From: Acidimicrobiia bacterium
Lineage (GTDB): Bacteria > Actinomycetota > Acidimicrobiia > Spongiisociales > UBA5794
Reading direction: 5' to 3'
Assembly: GCA_041393965.1 (NCBI GenBank)
Contig: JAWKJB010000002.1
Coordinates: forward strand, 512,339-576,338
Length of the DNA: 64,000 bases
Below, piece by piece: positions 27,537-37,054 of the stretch. A program made the translations under genes and the position numbers. A model generated the notes under the pieces. The model was not told the DNA's origin, ran no database searches, and saw only the letters and a list, made by a program, of their open reading frames with translations. How positions within the stretch are numbered: position 1 is the stretch's first letter; every line of letters begins with the position of its first letter.

Positions 27537-30158
27537 ATGGAGACCAACCTTGTCAGGAGCACCTTTCTCGACTTCTTCGAGGCGCGTGGCCACACGCGGG
27601 TCCATTCCGCGTCGCTGATTCCCGTTGATCCGACGCTGCTTCTCACGGTCGCTGGCATGGTGCCTTTCAAGCCGTACCTCCTCGGCGAGGAAGCACCGCC
27701 GTATCCACGCGCCGTCAGCTCCCAGAAGTGCATCCGAACCGCAGACATCGATGTGCTCGGCACCACGGCACGCCACATGTCGTTTTTCGAGATGCTCGGC
27801 AACTTCTCATTCGGCGACTACTTCAAGGAGACAGCGATACCGCTCGCGTACGAGCTCATCACGGAACAGTACGGGATCGATGCGGATCGACTGTGGTACA
27901 CGGTGCATGTCGACGACGACGAAGCAGCCGAGATCTGGATCGATGGCGTCGGTGTCGATCCCCAACGCGTGCAGCGCACCGACCGGGACAACTTCTGGCA
28001 CATGGGTGTTGCAGGACCGGCGGGACCCGACTCGGAGGTGTTCTACGACCGGGGCCCAGCCTATGGGGGCGATGGTGGTCCGGTCGTGGACGAGGAACGG
28101 TTCATGGAGATCTGCAACCTCGTGTTCATGCAGTATGTACAGGACGAGCCGTTCCATGTGGTCGGCGACCTCCCCTTGCAATCGATCGATACCGGAATGG
28201 GCCTCGAACGCATGGCAATGGTGCTCCAGGGCGTCGATTCGGTCTTCGAGACGGACACGCTACGGGCGATCATGGCCGTTGGTGAGCGCAGAACGGGCGT
28301 CGCCTACGGTGACGCCGAACCGACCGATGTTTCCTTGCGCATCCTCGCCGATCACGCCAGGGCGCTCACATTCCTGATCTCCGATGGCGTCGTCCCATCG
28401 AACGAAGGACGCGGCTACATCTTGCGGAGGCTGCTTCGTCGAGTCGTGAGACACGCACACCTGCTCGGAACCTCCGAACCCATCGTCCCTGCACTCGTCG
28501 ATGCCACTGTCTCGGAGATGGGCCCGGCGTTTCCGGAGCTCGTCGCCCATGCCGATGCGATCAGGGACATGGCCGCGCGGGAAGAGGCAGGGTTCTCACG
28601 AACGCTCGCGGCCGGTGAACAGCTCCTCGACGACGCGATCAGCGGGATCGAGGAATCAGGCATCATCCCCGGCGACATGGCGTTCAGGCTCCACGATACC
28701 TACGGCTTTCCCATCGATCTGACCGTCGAGATCGCCGCCGATCGGGGCCTTACCGTGGATCGTGACGGTTTCGAACGGGCCATGGCCGCTCAACGAGAAC
28801 GCGCGCGAACGGCGTTCAGGGCCGACCACGGTGGAGCAGACGCGGCGCGCTACCGCCGTGAGCTCGGATCCATCCATCAAACCGAGTTCGTTGGGTACGA
28901 CCAGCTCGAAGCGCAAGCGACCATTCTCGGGCTTCTCGTCGAAGGGGAGTCGACCGAACGCGCAGAGCTCGGCACCCAGGTCGAGGTGTTCGTCGAGACA
29001 TCACCGTTCTACGCAGAGTCCGGCGGCCAGGTCGGTGACACCGGCACCATCGCTACCGAAACCGGTCGGCTCAAGGTGCACGACACCCAGTTCGTGCTTC
29101 CCGGAGTGCACGGCCATCGATGCACCGTCGTCGACGGAACGGTGCGCAGAGACCAACAGGCGAGCCTCACCGTTGACGGGTCGCGCCGGGAGCGGATCCG
29201 CAAGAATCACACGGGAACACACATCCTCCACTGGGCTCTTCGGGACACCATCGGTGACCATGTCCATCAGGCCGGGTCGCTCGTTGCGCCGGACCGGCTC
29301 CGATTCGACTTCTCCCACTTCGATGCCGTCCGTCCCGACGAACTCGCCCATGTCGAACGCGAAGTCAACGAACGCATCATCGCGAACGAGGAGGTCACGA
29401 CGATCGAGACCTCGAAAACAGAAGCCGAGAAGATGGGGGCAATCGCGTTCTTCGGCGACAAGTACGGTGAACGAGTCAGGGTGGTCAAGACGGGTGGCTT
29501 CTCCACCGAGTTCTGCGGCGGGACGCATGTTCCCGCAACGGGACAGGTCGGGCCGCTCGTGCTGGTGACCGAAGGATCGGTCGGCTCCAACATCCGTCGC
29601 GTCGAGGCATTGACGGGTTCCGCGGCCTACGAACACCTGAGCGGGCTGCGAGCCACACTCGACGAGGTCGCCGCAGCGTTGCGTACCCATCCGACGGGAG
29701 TCGTGGATACCGCCCGGTCACTCACCGAACGGCTTCGCGCAACCGAGGAGCGGCTTGGTGAGTTTGAGGAGCGTGATCGGGCAAGGCTCGCGTTGACGCT
29801 CGTCGATGACGCCGAAACGATCGACGGCACCATGCTCGTGTCGGGTCGGGTCGACGGCCTCGGCCCCGACGGTGTGCGATCGTTGGCATTCCAGGTCCGG
29901 GATCGTATCGATTCGGGGGTCGGCGTCATGTCCTCGGTCAGTGACGGGAAGGCCGCCCTCGTCGTTTTCGTCACCGACGATCTCGCCGATCGAGCGGTGT
30001 CCGCAGGCGCAATTGCGCAGGCCGGTGCGACCATCCTCGGAGGGGGAAGCTCTCGAGACCGGCGACTCGCCCAGGCCGGTGGGCCCAACACCGCTGCCAT
30101 GGATGAAGCGTTGGCCGCAGCGACGGACGCGGCACGGACGGCCATCACGGCGTCATGA
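27537..30158 (+). CDS. alaS: Alanyl-tRNA synthetase
   Basis: 873 aa with class II catalytic core, an editing domain carrying HxxxH...CGGTH (FCGGTHV), and a C-terminal DHHA1-like region. Confidence 0.95.
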   Translation: METNLVRSTFLDFFEARGHTRVHSASLIPVDPTLLLTVAGMVPFKPYLLGEEAPPYPRAVSSQKCIRTADIDVLGTTARHMSFFEMLGNFSFGDYFKETAIPLAYELITEQYGIDADRLWYTVHVDDDEAAEIWIDGVGVDPQRVQRTDRDNFWHMGVAGPAGPDSEVFYDRGPAYGGDGGPVVDEERFMEICNLVFMQYVQDEPFHVVGDLPLQSIDTGMGLERMAMVLQGVDSVFETDTLRAIMAVGERRTGVAYGDAEPTDVSLRILADHARALTFLISDGVVPSNEGRGYILRRLLRRVVRHAHLLGTSEPIVPALVDATVSEMGPAFPELVAHADAIRDMAAREEAGFSRTLAAGEQLLDDAISGIEESGIIPGDMAFRLHDTYGFPIDLTVEIAADRGLTVDRDGFERAMAAQRERARTAFRADHGGADAARYRRELGSIHQTEFVGYDQLEAQATILGLLVEGESTERAELGTQVEVFVETSPFYAESGGQVGDTGTIATETGRLKVHDTQFVLPGVHGHRCTVVDGTVRRDQQASLTVDGSRRERIRKNHTGTHILHWALRDTIGDHVHQAGSLVAPDRLRFDFSHFDAVRPDELAHVEREVNERIIANEEVTTIETSKTEAEKMGAIAFFGDKYGERVRVVKTGGFSTEFCGGTHVPATGQVGPLVLVTEGSVGSNIRRVEALTGSAAYEHLSGLRATLDEVAAALRTHPTGVVDTARSLTERLRATEERLGEFEERDRARLALTLVDDAETIDGTMLVSGRVDGLGPDGVRSLAFQVRDRIDSGVGVMSSVSDGKAALVVFVTDDLADRAVSAGAIAQAGATILGGGSSRDRRLAQAGGPNTAAMDEALAAATDAARTAITAS

Positions 30159-30580
30159 GAATCATCGGACTCGATCCCGGAGAGCGAAGGGTCGGGGTAG
30201 CAGTATCGGATCCGAGCGGTACCATCGCGTCGCCCGAGCGGTACATCGACACCGTGACCGAGGACATGGATCAGGAGCTTTTGGATCTGTGCGCCTCCAA
30301 GGACGCGACCCTGATCGTGGTCGGGCTCCCGATCAGCCTCGACGGAACGGAAGGCGTTGCCGCCACGAAGGCAAGAGCATTCGGCGAAAGGGTGCACGCG
30401 GTGACCGGAATCGAAGTGGTCTTTTCCGATGAACGATTCAGTACCCACACAGCCGAACGGGCCCTGATCGAAGGTGGGGTGCGCCGGTCGAAGAGACGAA
30501 CAAGGCGGGATCAGGTTGCAGCAGCCGTGATGCTCCAAGCCTTCCTTGACCGGAGCAACCAGCGTGACGACGACTCCTGA
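30155..30580 (+). CDS. ruvX: Holliday-junction resolvase-like / pre-16S rRNA nuclease RuvX (YqgF)
   Basis: MRIIGLDPGERRVGVAVSD N-terminus. 141 aa. 4-nt overlap with alaS. Confidence 0.9.
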   Translation: MRIIGLDPGERRVGVAVSDPSGTIASPERYIDTVTEDMDQELLDLCASKDATLIVVGLPISLDGTEGVAATKARAFGERVHAVTGIEVVFSDERFSTHTAERALIEGGVRRSKRRTRRDQVAAAVMLQAFLDRSNQRDDDS

Positions 30581-31646
30581 ACCCGCTCCGGCCCGCACCC
30601 GGAAACTGCTTCTCATCGGTGCGGGCGTCGTTGGATCGGTCGTGATCCTCGCTGTCGCCGCGTCCATCGTCGCGGGCATGGTCTCGTCCGGTGACACCGG
30701 CCCGACCACCGAGCCGGGTATCCCGGTGACGGTATCGATCCAACCCGGCGAGGCGGCATCGACCATCTACCGGACACTTGCAGACGCAGGCGTGGTCGCC
30801 TATGCCGCAATCGAACAGGCCGTTCACCAAGCCAACGCCGAGTCGTCGCTGCAAGCCGGAACCTATGCGTTGGAGACCGGAATGGACGCAGGGGAGGTTC
30901 TCCGTCTCCTCCTTGAGGGTGGGAACGCGCCTGAGAGCAGGACGATCACCATCGTCGAGGGCTGGACGGTTGCACGCATCATCGAGGAACTCGCCGACGC
31001 GACGGAGTTCACGGTCGACGACTTCGCTGAAGCTCTCAGCAACGGCGCCGTCACCTCGCCGCTGCTGACGAACGCCCCTGAGCAGGTGTCACCGCTGAGT
31101 CGTTGGGAGGGACTGCTGTATCCCGCCACCTATCAGATCCCCACCGGCGCCACGCCAGCAGCAATGCTCCAGACGATGGCCGACGAGATGGTTGCGCGAT
31201 TCGAGGGGACCGACTGGGCGGGACTGCAAGACACCGACCTCTCGCGCTATGAGATCCTCATCATTGGTTCGCTGATCGAACGCGAGGCGGGAGTCGCCGA
31301 GGACCGACCGCTGATCTCAAGTGTCATCCACAACCGCTTGGCAACGGGTATGCGTCTCCAGATCGACGCGACCGTGATCTACGCCCTCGGAGGCAACCCC
31401 GGTCAGGTCCTCGCGAGCCATCTCGAGACCGACTCCCCATACAACACCTACCGGATCGATGGGCTGCCACCGACCCCGATCGGGACGGTGTCGACGGCGA
31501 GTCTCAAGGCAGCGATCGCACCAGCGGACACGGACTACCTCTTCTATGTGCTTGCGTCGACCGACGGTGCGCATGCGTTCGCGGTGACCTACGAAGAACA
31601 CAAGGCCAATGTGGAGCGCGCCAAACGCGAGGGGATTCTCCCGTGA
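30546..31646 (+). CDS. mltG: Endolytic murein transglycosylase MltG (YceG family)
   Basis: N-terminal TM helix and the YceG catalytic segment LATGMRLQIDATVIYALG. The start is uncertain; the track start overlaps ruvX by 35 nt. Confidence 0.88.
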   Translation: MTGATSVTTTPEPAPARTRKLLLIGAGVVGSVVILAVAASIVAGMVSSGDTGPTTEPGIPVTVSIQPGEAASTIYRTLADAGVVAYAAIEQAVHQANAESSLQAGTYALETGMDAGEVLRLLLEGGNAPESRTITIVEGWTVARIIEELADATEFTVDDFAEALSNGAVTSPLLTNAPEQVSPLSRWEGLLYPATYQIPTGATPAAMLQTMADEMVARFEGTDWAGLQDTDLSRYEILIIGSLIEREAGVAEDRPLISSVIHNRLATGMRLQIDATVIYALGGNPGQVLASHLETDSPYNTYRIDGLPPTPIGTVSTASLKAAIAPADTDYLFYVLASTDGAHAFAVTYEEHKANVERAKREGILP

Positions 31647-32425
31647 GGTTCGGCATCGTCGGTGACCCGGTGGATCATTCGCGGTCTCCGGCGATGCATG
31701 AGGCGGGGTTTCGAGCTCTCGGCATCGACGCCGTGTACGAGTTCCTTCCAACCCCGCCCGACCACTTCGACCGCATCATCGACGGTTTGCGATCCGGGCG
31801 ACTCGACGGAGTCAATGTCACGATGCCGCACAAGCGTGCGGCGTTCGACGCCGTCGACGAGCACACGGTGGATGCGCAGCGATCGGGATCCGTCAACACC
31901 ATCGTGTGCCGTAATGGCCGACTCGTGGGAGCAAACACCGATGTGGGAGGCATCACCGACGCGTTCGACACGGCCCGTATCCCGGACCTCGCACCCGTGC
32001 TCGTCCTCGGATCTGGGGGGGCAAGTGCGTCCGCCGTCGTCGCGCTCTGTGGTCGTGCCGTGTATGTGTCCGCTCGGAACCCCGCGGCGGCAACAGCGAT
32101 GCTCGATCGGGTGCAGTGCCCCGGTGTTGTCGTGCGCTGGGGTGAAGGGGTCGCAGGATCGGCCATCGTGAACGCAACGCCAATCGGCATGCACGGTGAG
32201 TCCTTGCCGCGGCCGGTGCTCGGTGTTGCAAGTGGTCTGGTCGACATGGCGTACGGCCCCGAAGAAACCCCCGCGTGCAGGGCGATCCGACGCGGAGGTC
32301 TGCCGTGCGCCGACGGCCTCGATGTCCTCGTCGGCCAGGCGATCGGCGCATTTCGTCTGTTCACCGGCACGACACCAGACCGCGACATCCTCACGACCGC
32401 AGCGCGGGGGCTGGCCGGGGAGTGA
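31643..32425 (+). CDS. aroE: Shikimate dehydrogenase
   Basis: MRFGIVGDPVDHSRSPAMHEAGF N-terminus and a GSGGAS Rossmann motif. 4-nt overlap with mltG. Confidence 0.88.
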   Translation: MRFGIVGDPVDHSRSPAMHEAGFRALGIDAVYEFLPTPPDHFDRIIDGLRSGRLDGVNVTMPHKRAAFDAVDEHTVDAQRSGSVNTIVCRNGRLVGANTDVGGITDAFDTARIPDLAPVLVLGSGGASASAVVALCGRAVYVSARNPAAATAMLDRVQCPGVVVRWGEGVAGSAIVNATPIGMHGESLPRPVLGVASGLVDMAYGPEETPACRAIRRGGLPCADGLDVLVGQAIGAFRLFTGTTPDRDILTTAARGLAGE

Positions 32426-32470
32426 CCGAGCGCTCGGATGCCGGTCCCCACATCGAGTTCGCGGGGCCGT

Positions 32471-33217
32471 ATGCTCGCAGCCATGCCGCTCATGCTTGCA
32501 CTCGCCGTGATCGCAGGAATCGTCGCCGCTCGGTCCATCGTTGCGGCGGTCGATGCGCATCGCTGGGATGAGAAGGACCGCTGGTACGGCCCGGTCTGTG
32601 GCGTCTGTCGTAGCCCACTCGGCTTGGCGACGGTGCGGTGCCGGGCCAGCCACCATCGACAGCGGCTGGCAAACCCACTCATCATGGTTGTCACGCCGGT
32701 GCTGTCGGGCGCCTTGGTCGTCTCCCTCCCGACCTATTGGGTGTGGCCCGCCTACGCCGTATTCGCCTGGACGATGGTGCTGCTCACCGTTGTGGATCTC
32801 GACACCGAGCTCATCCCGAACCGCATGCTCGGACCCGCTTCGGTCATTTCCGGAGTGCTCTTGGTCGTCGGCTGGGTCGCCGATACCGGAGCTGGCTCAC
32901 TCCTGCGTGCCGTTGCTGGCGCGGTCGGCTATTTCGCCGCCATGTACCTGCTCGCGGTGATCGCGAGGGGTGGCCTCGGCTACGGGGATGTGAAGCTCGC
33001 CGGCTTGATCGGGTTGTTCACCGGCTTCCTCGGCTGGCAATCCGTCCTCGCGGCCGGTTTCGGCGCCTTTCTCGTCGGTGGTCTCGTATCGATCGTGCTG
33101 CTCGCGCTCAGGATCCGGTCCCGCAAGGACACGATCCCCTTCGGGCCGTTCATGACCAGCACGGCGATCGTTGCGGTGTTGTGGTCCACTGAGATCGCGG
33201 CGTGGTACAGCTCCTGA
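32471..33217 (+). CDS. Type IV prepilin peptidase family (A24) membrane protease
   Basis: N-terminal Zn-binding CGVCRSPLG...CRASHH motif. Catalytic Asp region and the GYGDVKLAGLIGLFTGFLGW motif. The start could be ATG at 32438 or 32471. Confidence 0.8.
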   Translation: MLAAMPLMLALAVIAGIVAARSIVAAVDAHRWDEKDRWYGPVCGVCRSPLGLATVRCRASHHRQRLANPLIMVVTPVLSGALVVSLPTYWVWPAYAVFAWTMVLLTVVDLDTELIPNRMLGPASVISGVLLVVGWVADTGAGSLLRAVAGAVGYFAAMYLLAVIARGGLGYGDVKLAGLIGLFTGFLGWQSVLAAGFGAFLVGGLVSIVLLALRIRSRKDTIPFGPFMTSTAIVAVLWSTEIAAWYSS

Positions 33218-33255
33218 GTTGCCTGGCACCACGACAGGACGCCTACGCTTCGCCC

Positions 33256-34410
33256 ATGCTCAGGTTCATCACCGCAGGGGAGTCACACGGTCCCGGTCTC
33301 GTCGCGACCGTCGAGGGTCTCCCCGCAGGCTTGGAAGTGACGAGCGAGGGACTCAGCACCGAACTCGCGCGTCGACGGCTCGGGTTCGGACGGGGACCGC
33401 GGATGGCGCTCGAAGAAGATGAAATAGAGATCCTCGGAGGCGTCCGCTTCGGATCGACGCTCGGGGGACCCGTCGCGGTCCTGATACGGAACACCGAGTG
33501 GCCGAAGTGGCGGGCCCAGATGTCTCCCGATGCGGGCGAACGGGGCAAACGGGAAACGAAGCCACGGCCGGGGCATGCCGATCTCGTCGGCATGCTCAAG
33601 TACGACACCCATGACGCCCGCGATATCCTCGAGCGGGCATCGGCTCGAGAGACGGCCGCCCGCACCGTTGTCGGATACCTCGCCAAGCAACTCCTTGCGT
33701 CCATCAACATCCGGGTCGTGTCTCATGTCGTTCGGATCGGACAAGCGGCCGCCGACCCGGATGCGCCGCTCCCAGGGCCCGATGACCTCGATGCGGTCGA
33801 TGCGTCGGCCGTTCGAGCGTTCGATCCTGCCACCGAAGCGGCAATGATCGAAGCGATCACGACGGCGGCCGACGCCAAGGACACGCTTGGAGGCGCTGCC
33901 GAGGTTCTCGGGTACGGACTACCTCCGGGGCTCGGGAGCCATGTCCACTGGGATCGTAAGCTCGACGGTCTCCTCGCCGGTGCCCTCATGTCGATCCAGG
34001 CCATCAAAGCGGTCCAGATCGGCGACGGCGTCGCACAGTCGCACATGACCGGCTCAGCTGCCCACGATGCCATCACCCGAGACGGGGAGGGCTTCGGCCG
34101 CCGGACCAACCGTGCGGGTGGTCTCGAAGGTGGGATCACGACGGGCGAAGTTCTTCGCGTGACGGTCATGATGAAACCGATCGCAACCGTCATGCGTCCG
34201 CTCGACACGGTTGATGTGGATTCCAAGGAGGCCGCCAAGGCGTTCCGCGAGCGCTCGGATGTCTGTGCGGTCCCAGCAGCAGGAGTCGTTGCCGAACAGA
34301 TGACCGCGTATGTGCTCGCCAACGAAGTCCTGCGCACCTACGGCGGCGATACCGTCGGCGATGTCGTCGCAGCTGATGCCGCGTACCGCAGACGCATCTC
34401 GGAGTTCTGA
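33256..34410 (+). CDS. aroC: Chorismate synthase
   Basis: MLRFITAGESHGPGLVATVEGLPAGL N-terminus. 384 aa. The track ORF at 33202 is over-extended. Confidence 0.93.
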   Translation: MLRFITAGESHGPGLVATVEGLPAGLEVTSEGLSTELARRRLGFGRGPRMALEEDEIEILGGVRFGSTLGGPVAVLIRNTEWPKWRAQMSPDAGERGKRETKPRPGHADLVGMLKYDTHDARDILERASARETAARTVVGYLAKQLLASINIRVVSHVVRIGQAAADPDAPLPGPDDLDAVDASAVRAFDPATEAAMIEAITTAADAKDTLGGAAEVLGYGLPPGLGSHVHWDRKLDGLLAGALMSIQAIKAVQIGDGVAQSHMTGSAAHDAITRDGEGFGRRTNRAGGLEGGITTGEVLRVTVMMKPIATVMRPLDTVDVDSKEAAKAFRERSDVCAVPAAGVVAEQMTAYVLANEVLRTYGGDTVGDVVAADAAYRRRISEF

Positions 34411-34412
34411 TC

Positions 34413-34907
34413 GTGCGCCATGTGTGGCTGATCGGGATGATGGGAACGGGCAAGACCACCGTTGGTGTGTTGGTCGCTGAGCAGCTGAAGCGCCCATTCA
34501 TCGACCTCGACAACGAGATCATGATTGCGACCGGCAAGACCATTCCCGAGCTCTTCGCCGATGGCGAGGAGGTCTTCCGTCGCGCCGAGACAGCTGCTCT
34601 GCTCGAAGCCTCGGTGCAGCCGCCCTCGGTGATTGCAACGGGCGGAGGAGCCGTGCTCGCGCAGCAGAACCTCGATGCGATGGCAGCAACCGGGGTGACG
34701 GTCTTGTTGACCGCATCGACCGAGACCATCATGGACCGCCTTGCCCAGAGCCACACCAGACCGCTCGCTCGCGATGCGAAGGCGCTTGAGGCCATCGCAG
34801 CCCTGAGGACGGCTGTCTACCTCGAAGCCGCCGACCACGCAGTGACCACCGAAGGCAAAGATGCTGCGTCGGTCGCGAGGGAGGTGTTGGCATGCGTCGG
34901 TATGTGA
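34413..34907 (+). CDS. aroK: Shikimate kinase
   Basis: GTG start. Walker A motif GMMGTGKTTVG. 164 aa. Confidence 0.9.
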   Translation: MRHVWLIGMMGTGKTTVGVLVAEQLKRPFIDLDNEIMIATGKTIPELFADGEEVFRRAETAALLEASVQPPSVIATGGGAVLAQQNLDAMAATGVTVLLTASTETIMDRLAQSHTRPLARDAKALEAIAALRTAVYLEAADHAVTTEGKDAASVAREVLACVGM

Positions 34908-35974
34908 TTCAGAACGCACCCGCTGGCTCCTCAGCAATCGTTGTCGGGCGAGATCTGATCCCCTCCGTCGCCGCTGCCGTGGCAGAAGGCGGGTCCGAGC
35001 GAGCAGCGATCCTGTGCCAGCCCGCAACCGAGTCTCTTGCAGACCGTGTCGCCACCGCACTCTTGTCGCGTGGTGTCGACAGCCACGGATTCACGCTTCC
35101 CGACGGTGAAGCCGCCAAGCGTGTCGATGTCGTCGAGGATATGTACCGCAAGCTCAACGCCGCATCACTGACCCGCGACGATGTCATCGTCGCGGTGGGA
35201 GGAGGCGCACTCACCGACGCGGCCGGGTTCATTGCGGGGACCTTTCTGCGCGGCGTTCCTGCGATCTACCTCCCGACAACGATGCTGGGTGCTGTTGATG
35301 CCGCGATCGGCGGCAAGACCGGCATCAATGTCGACGGGAAGAACCTCGCCGGCCTATTCGTGCATCCACGGCATGTGTTCGTTGACATCGACACCCTCGA
35401 TGGTCTGCCGAGGACCTTGCGAATGGAAGGCGCCGCGGAGGCCGTCAAAGCTGGGTTCATCGACGACATGGCGATCGTGGAGGCGTACGAGCGGTCCGGC
35501 ATCGACGGGGTCGACCTCGAGGATGTTGTCAACCGGGCAATTGGCGTGAAGGTCGATGTCGTGAACGAGGACTTCACGGAAAAGGGACGAAGGGCAATCC
35601 TGAACTATGGGCACACGGTCGGGCACGCCGTTGAGACCGCCGCCGGAATCCCTCACGGTCATGCCGTCTCGATCGGAATCGCTGCCGCAGGAGCGGCATC
35701 AGCATTCGTCACCGGATTCGCGGGGGAGCAGCGACAACGGGACCTGCTGATGAGCCTCGGACTTCCTGTGGTTGCCCCAGCCGGAACGGAACGGGGTCGC
35801 GTCCGGGCGCTGATGGCACGGGACAAGAAGCGGGATGCGACCGGCCTCAGGATGGTCCTGCTTGAGGACTTCGGTTCCCCTGTCGTCGTTGCGGTCGACG
35901 ACGCTACCGTACACGCCGCGCTCGGGGCTGTCGGACTTGCATCCGGGCCTTCCGCGGGAAAGGGAAGCGAATGA
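34892..35974 (+). CDS. aroB: 3-dehydroquinate synthase
   Basis: GGGALTDAAGFIA and metal-binding His residues. 360 aa. Overlaps aroK by 16 nt. Confidence 0.92.
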   Translation: MRRYVIQNAPAGSSAIVVGRDLIPSVAAAVAEGGSERAAILCQPATESLADRVATALLSRGVDSHGFTLPDGEAAKRVDVVEDMYRKLNAASLTRDDVIVAVGGGALTDAAGFIAGTFLRGVPAIYLPTTMLGAVDAAIGGKTGINVDGKNLAGLFVHPRHVFVDIDTLDGLPRTLRMEGAAEAVKAGFIDDMAIVEAYERSGIDGVDLEDVVNRAIGVKVDVVNEDFTEKGRRAILNYGHTVGHAVETAAGIPHGHAVSIGIAAAGAASAFVTGFAGEQRQRDLLMSLGLPVVAPAGTERGRVRALMARDKKRDATGLRMVLLEDFGSPVVVAVDDATVHAALGAVGLASGPSAGKGSE

Positions 35975-36531
35975 TCTCGACGAATGATGTCAGGCCGGGC
36001 ATGGCGCTCGATCTCCCCGAAGGGCTTTTCACGGTGACGGATCACCAGCATGTCAAGCCCGGCAAAGGGAAGGCGTTCGTTCGGATGAAACTGAAGAATG
36101 TGCGGACCGGCGCGGTCCTCGACCGGACCTTCCGCGCAGGCGAGAATGTTCCGAGCGCCAGAATCGATCGCCGCAACTTCACCTTCTTGTACCGGAACGA
36201 TCTCGGTTTCCATGTGATGGACGAAGAGACCTACGAGCAAACGATGATCGATACGGACATCGTCGGTGGAGCCGCCGAGTACCTATCTGATGGGATGACC
36301 GTTCAGATCTCGATCCACGATGGGATCCCCATCGAGGTGGACCTTCCGCCGTCGGTCGAACTCGAGGTGACCTACGCCGAGCCCGGCGTGAAGGGAGACC
36401 GTGTGTCGGGCGCAACCAAGCCGGTGACGCTGAGTACCGGGAAGACCATCCAGGCTCCTTTGTTCGTCGAGCAGGGAGACATCCTCAAAGTGGATACACG
36501 GAGTGGTGACTACATCACGCGTGTGACATGA
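35971..36531 (+). CDS. efp: Elongation factor P
   Basis: MISTNDVRPGMALDLPEGLF...KPGKGKAFVRMKLKN. 186 aa. Confidence 0.95.
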   Translation: MISTNDVRPGMALDLPEGLFTVTDHQHVKPGKGKAFVRMKLKNVRTGAVLDRTFRAGENVPSARIDRRNFTFLYRNDLGFHVMDEETYEQTMIDTDIVGGAAEYLSDGMTVQISIHDGIPIEVDLPPSVELEVTYAEPGVKGDRVSGATKPVTLSTGKTIQAPLFVEQGDILKVDTRSGDYITRVT

Positions 36532-36911
36532 GCAGCGGCGACCGGGCATCGGCGCTCGGCGCCCTCTACGCCTTCGATGCCAGACCTCTCGAAGCTCTGG
36601 ACGCCTCGGGACTCAGCCGCCGAGCTGGGCAATTCGCGCAAGGGACGGTGGAGCATCTCGACGCCATCGACGCTGCCATCTCCGCAGCGGCGGACACCTG
36701 GCGCCTCGAACGAATGGCCGCGGTTGACAGGAGCATCCTGCGGCTCGGGACCTTCGAGTTGCTGTACACCGACATGGCCGTCGGCATCATCATCAATGAG
36801 GCCGTCGAACTCGCCAAGGAGTACTCGACCGCGGCGAGCGGTGCGTTCATCAACGGCGTCCTTTCGACGGTCGCCGGACAGCGTGCCGAACGATCGGAAC
36901 CCGAGTCGTAG
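36528..36911 (+). CDS. nusB: Transcription antitermination factor NusB
   Basis: 127 aa. The NusB fold sequence FINGVL and the efp-nusB-pyrR synteny support the call. Confidence 0.9.
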   Translation: MSSGDRASALGALYAFDARPLEALDASGLSRRAGQFAQGTVEHLDAIDAAISAAADTWRLERMAAVDRSILRLGTFELLYTDMAVGIIINEAVELAKEYSTAASGAFINGVLSTVAGQRAERSEPES

Positions 36912-36937
36912 TACAGTGTGGTCAACCGACCTTTAAT

Positions 36938-36955
36938 GCGGTCCCGTGAGGCCGC
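36938..36955 (+). promoter_or_regulatory. PyrR-binding loop RNA hairpin
   Basis: gcGGUCCCGUGAGGCCgc matches the PyrR binding-loop consensus RUCCNGNGAGGY, presented in the loop of a GCGG/CCGC stem. Confidence 0.6.
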
Positions 36956-36991
36956 CAAGGATGGAGCAGCCATGATGCAACTCTTCGCCAA

Positions 36992-37020
36992 ACCGTGCCT
37001 CAGGGGGCACGGTTCTTTTT
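36992..37020 (+). terminator. Intrinsic terminator of the pyr attenuator
   Basis: ACCGTGCC-tcaggg-GGCACGGT is a perfect 8-bp GC-rich stem, followed by TCTTTTTGTG. It ends 35 nt before the pyrR ATG. Confidence 0.65.
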
Positions 37021-37054
37021 GTGTCTTTCCGACGCTCGACACCCCGGTCCTTCC

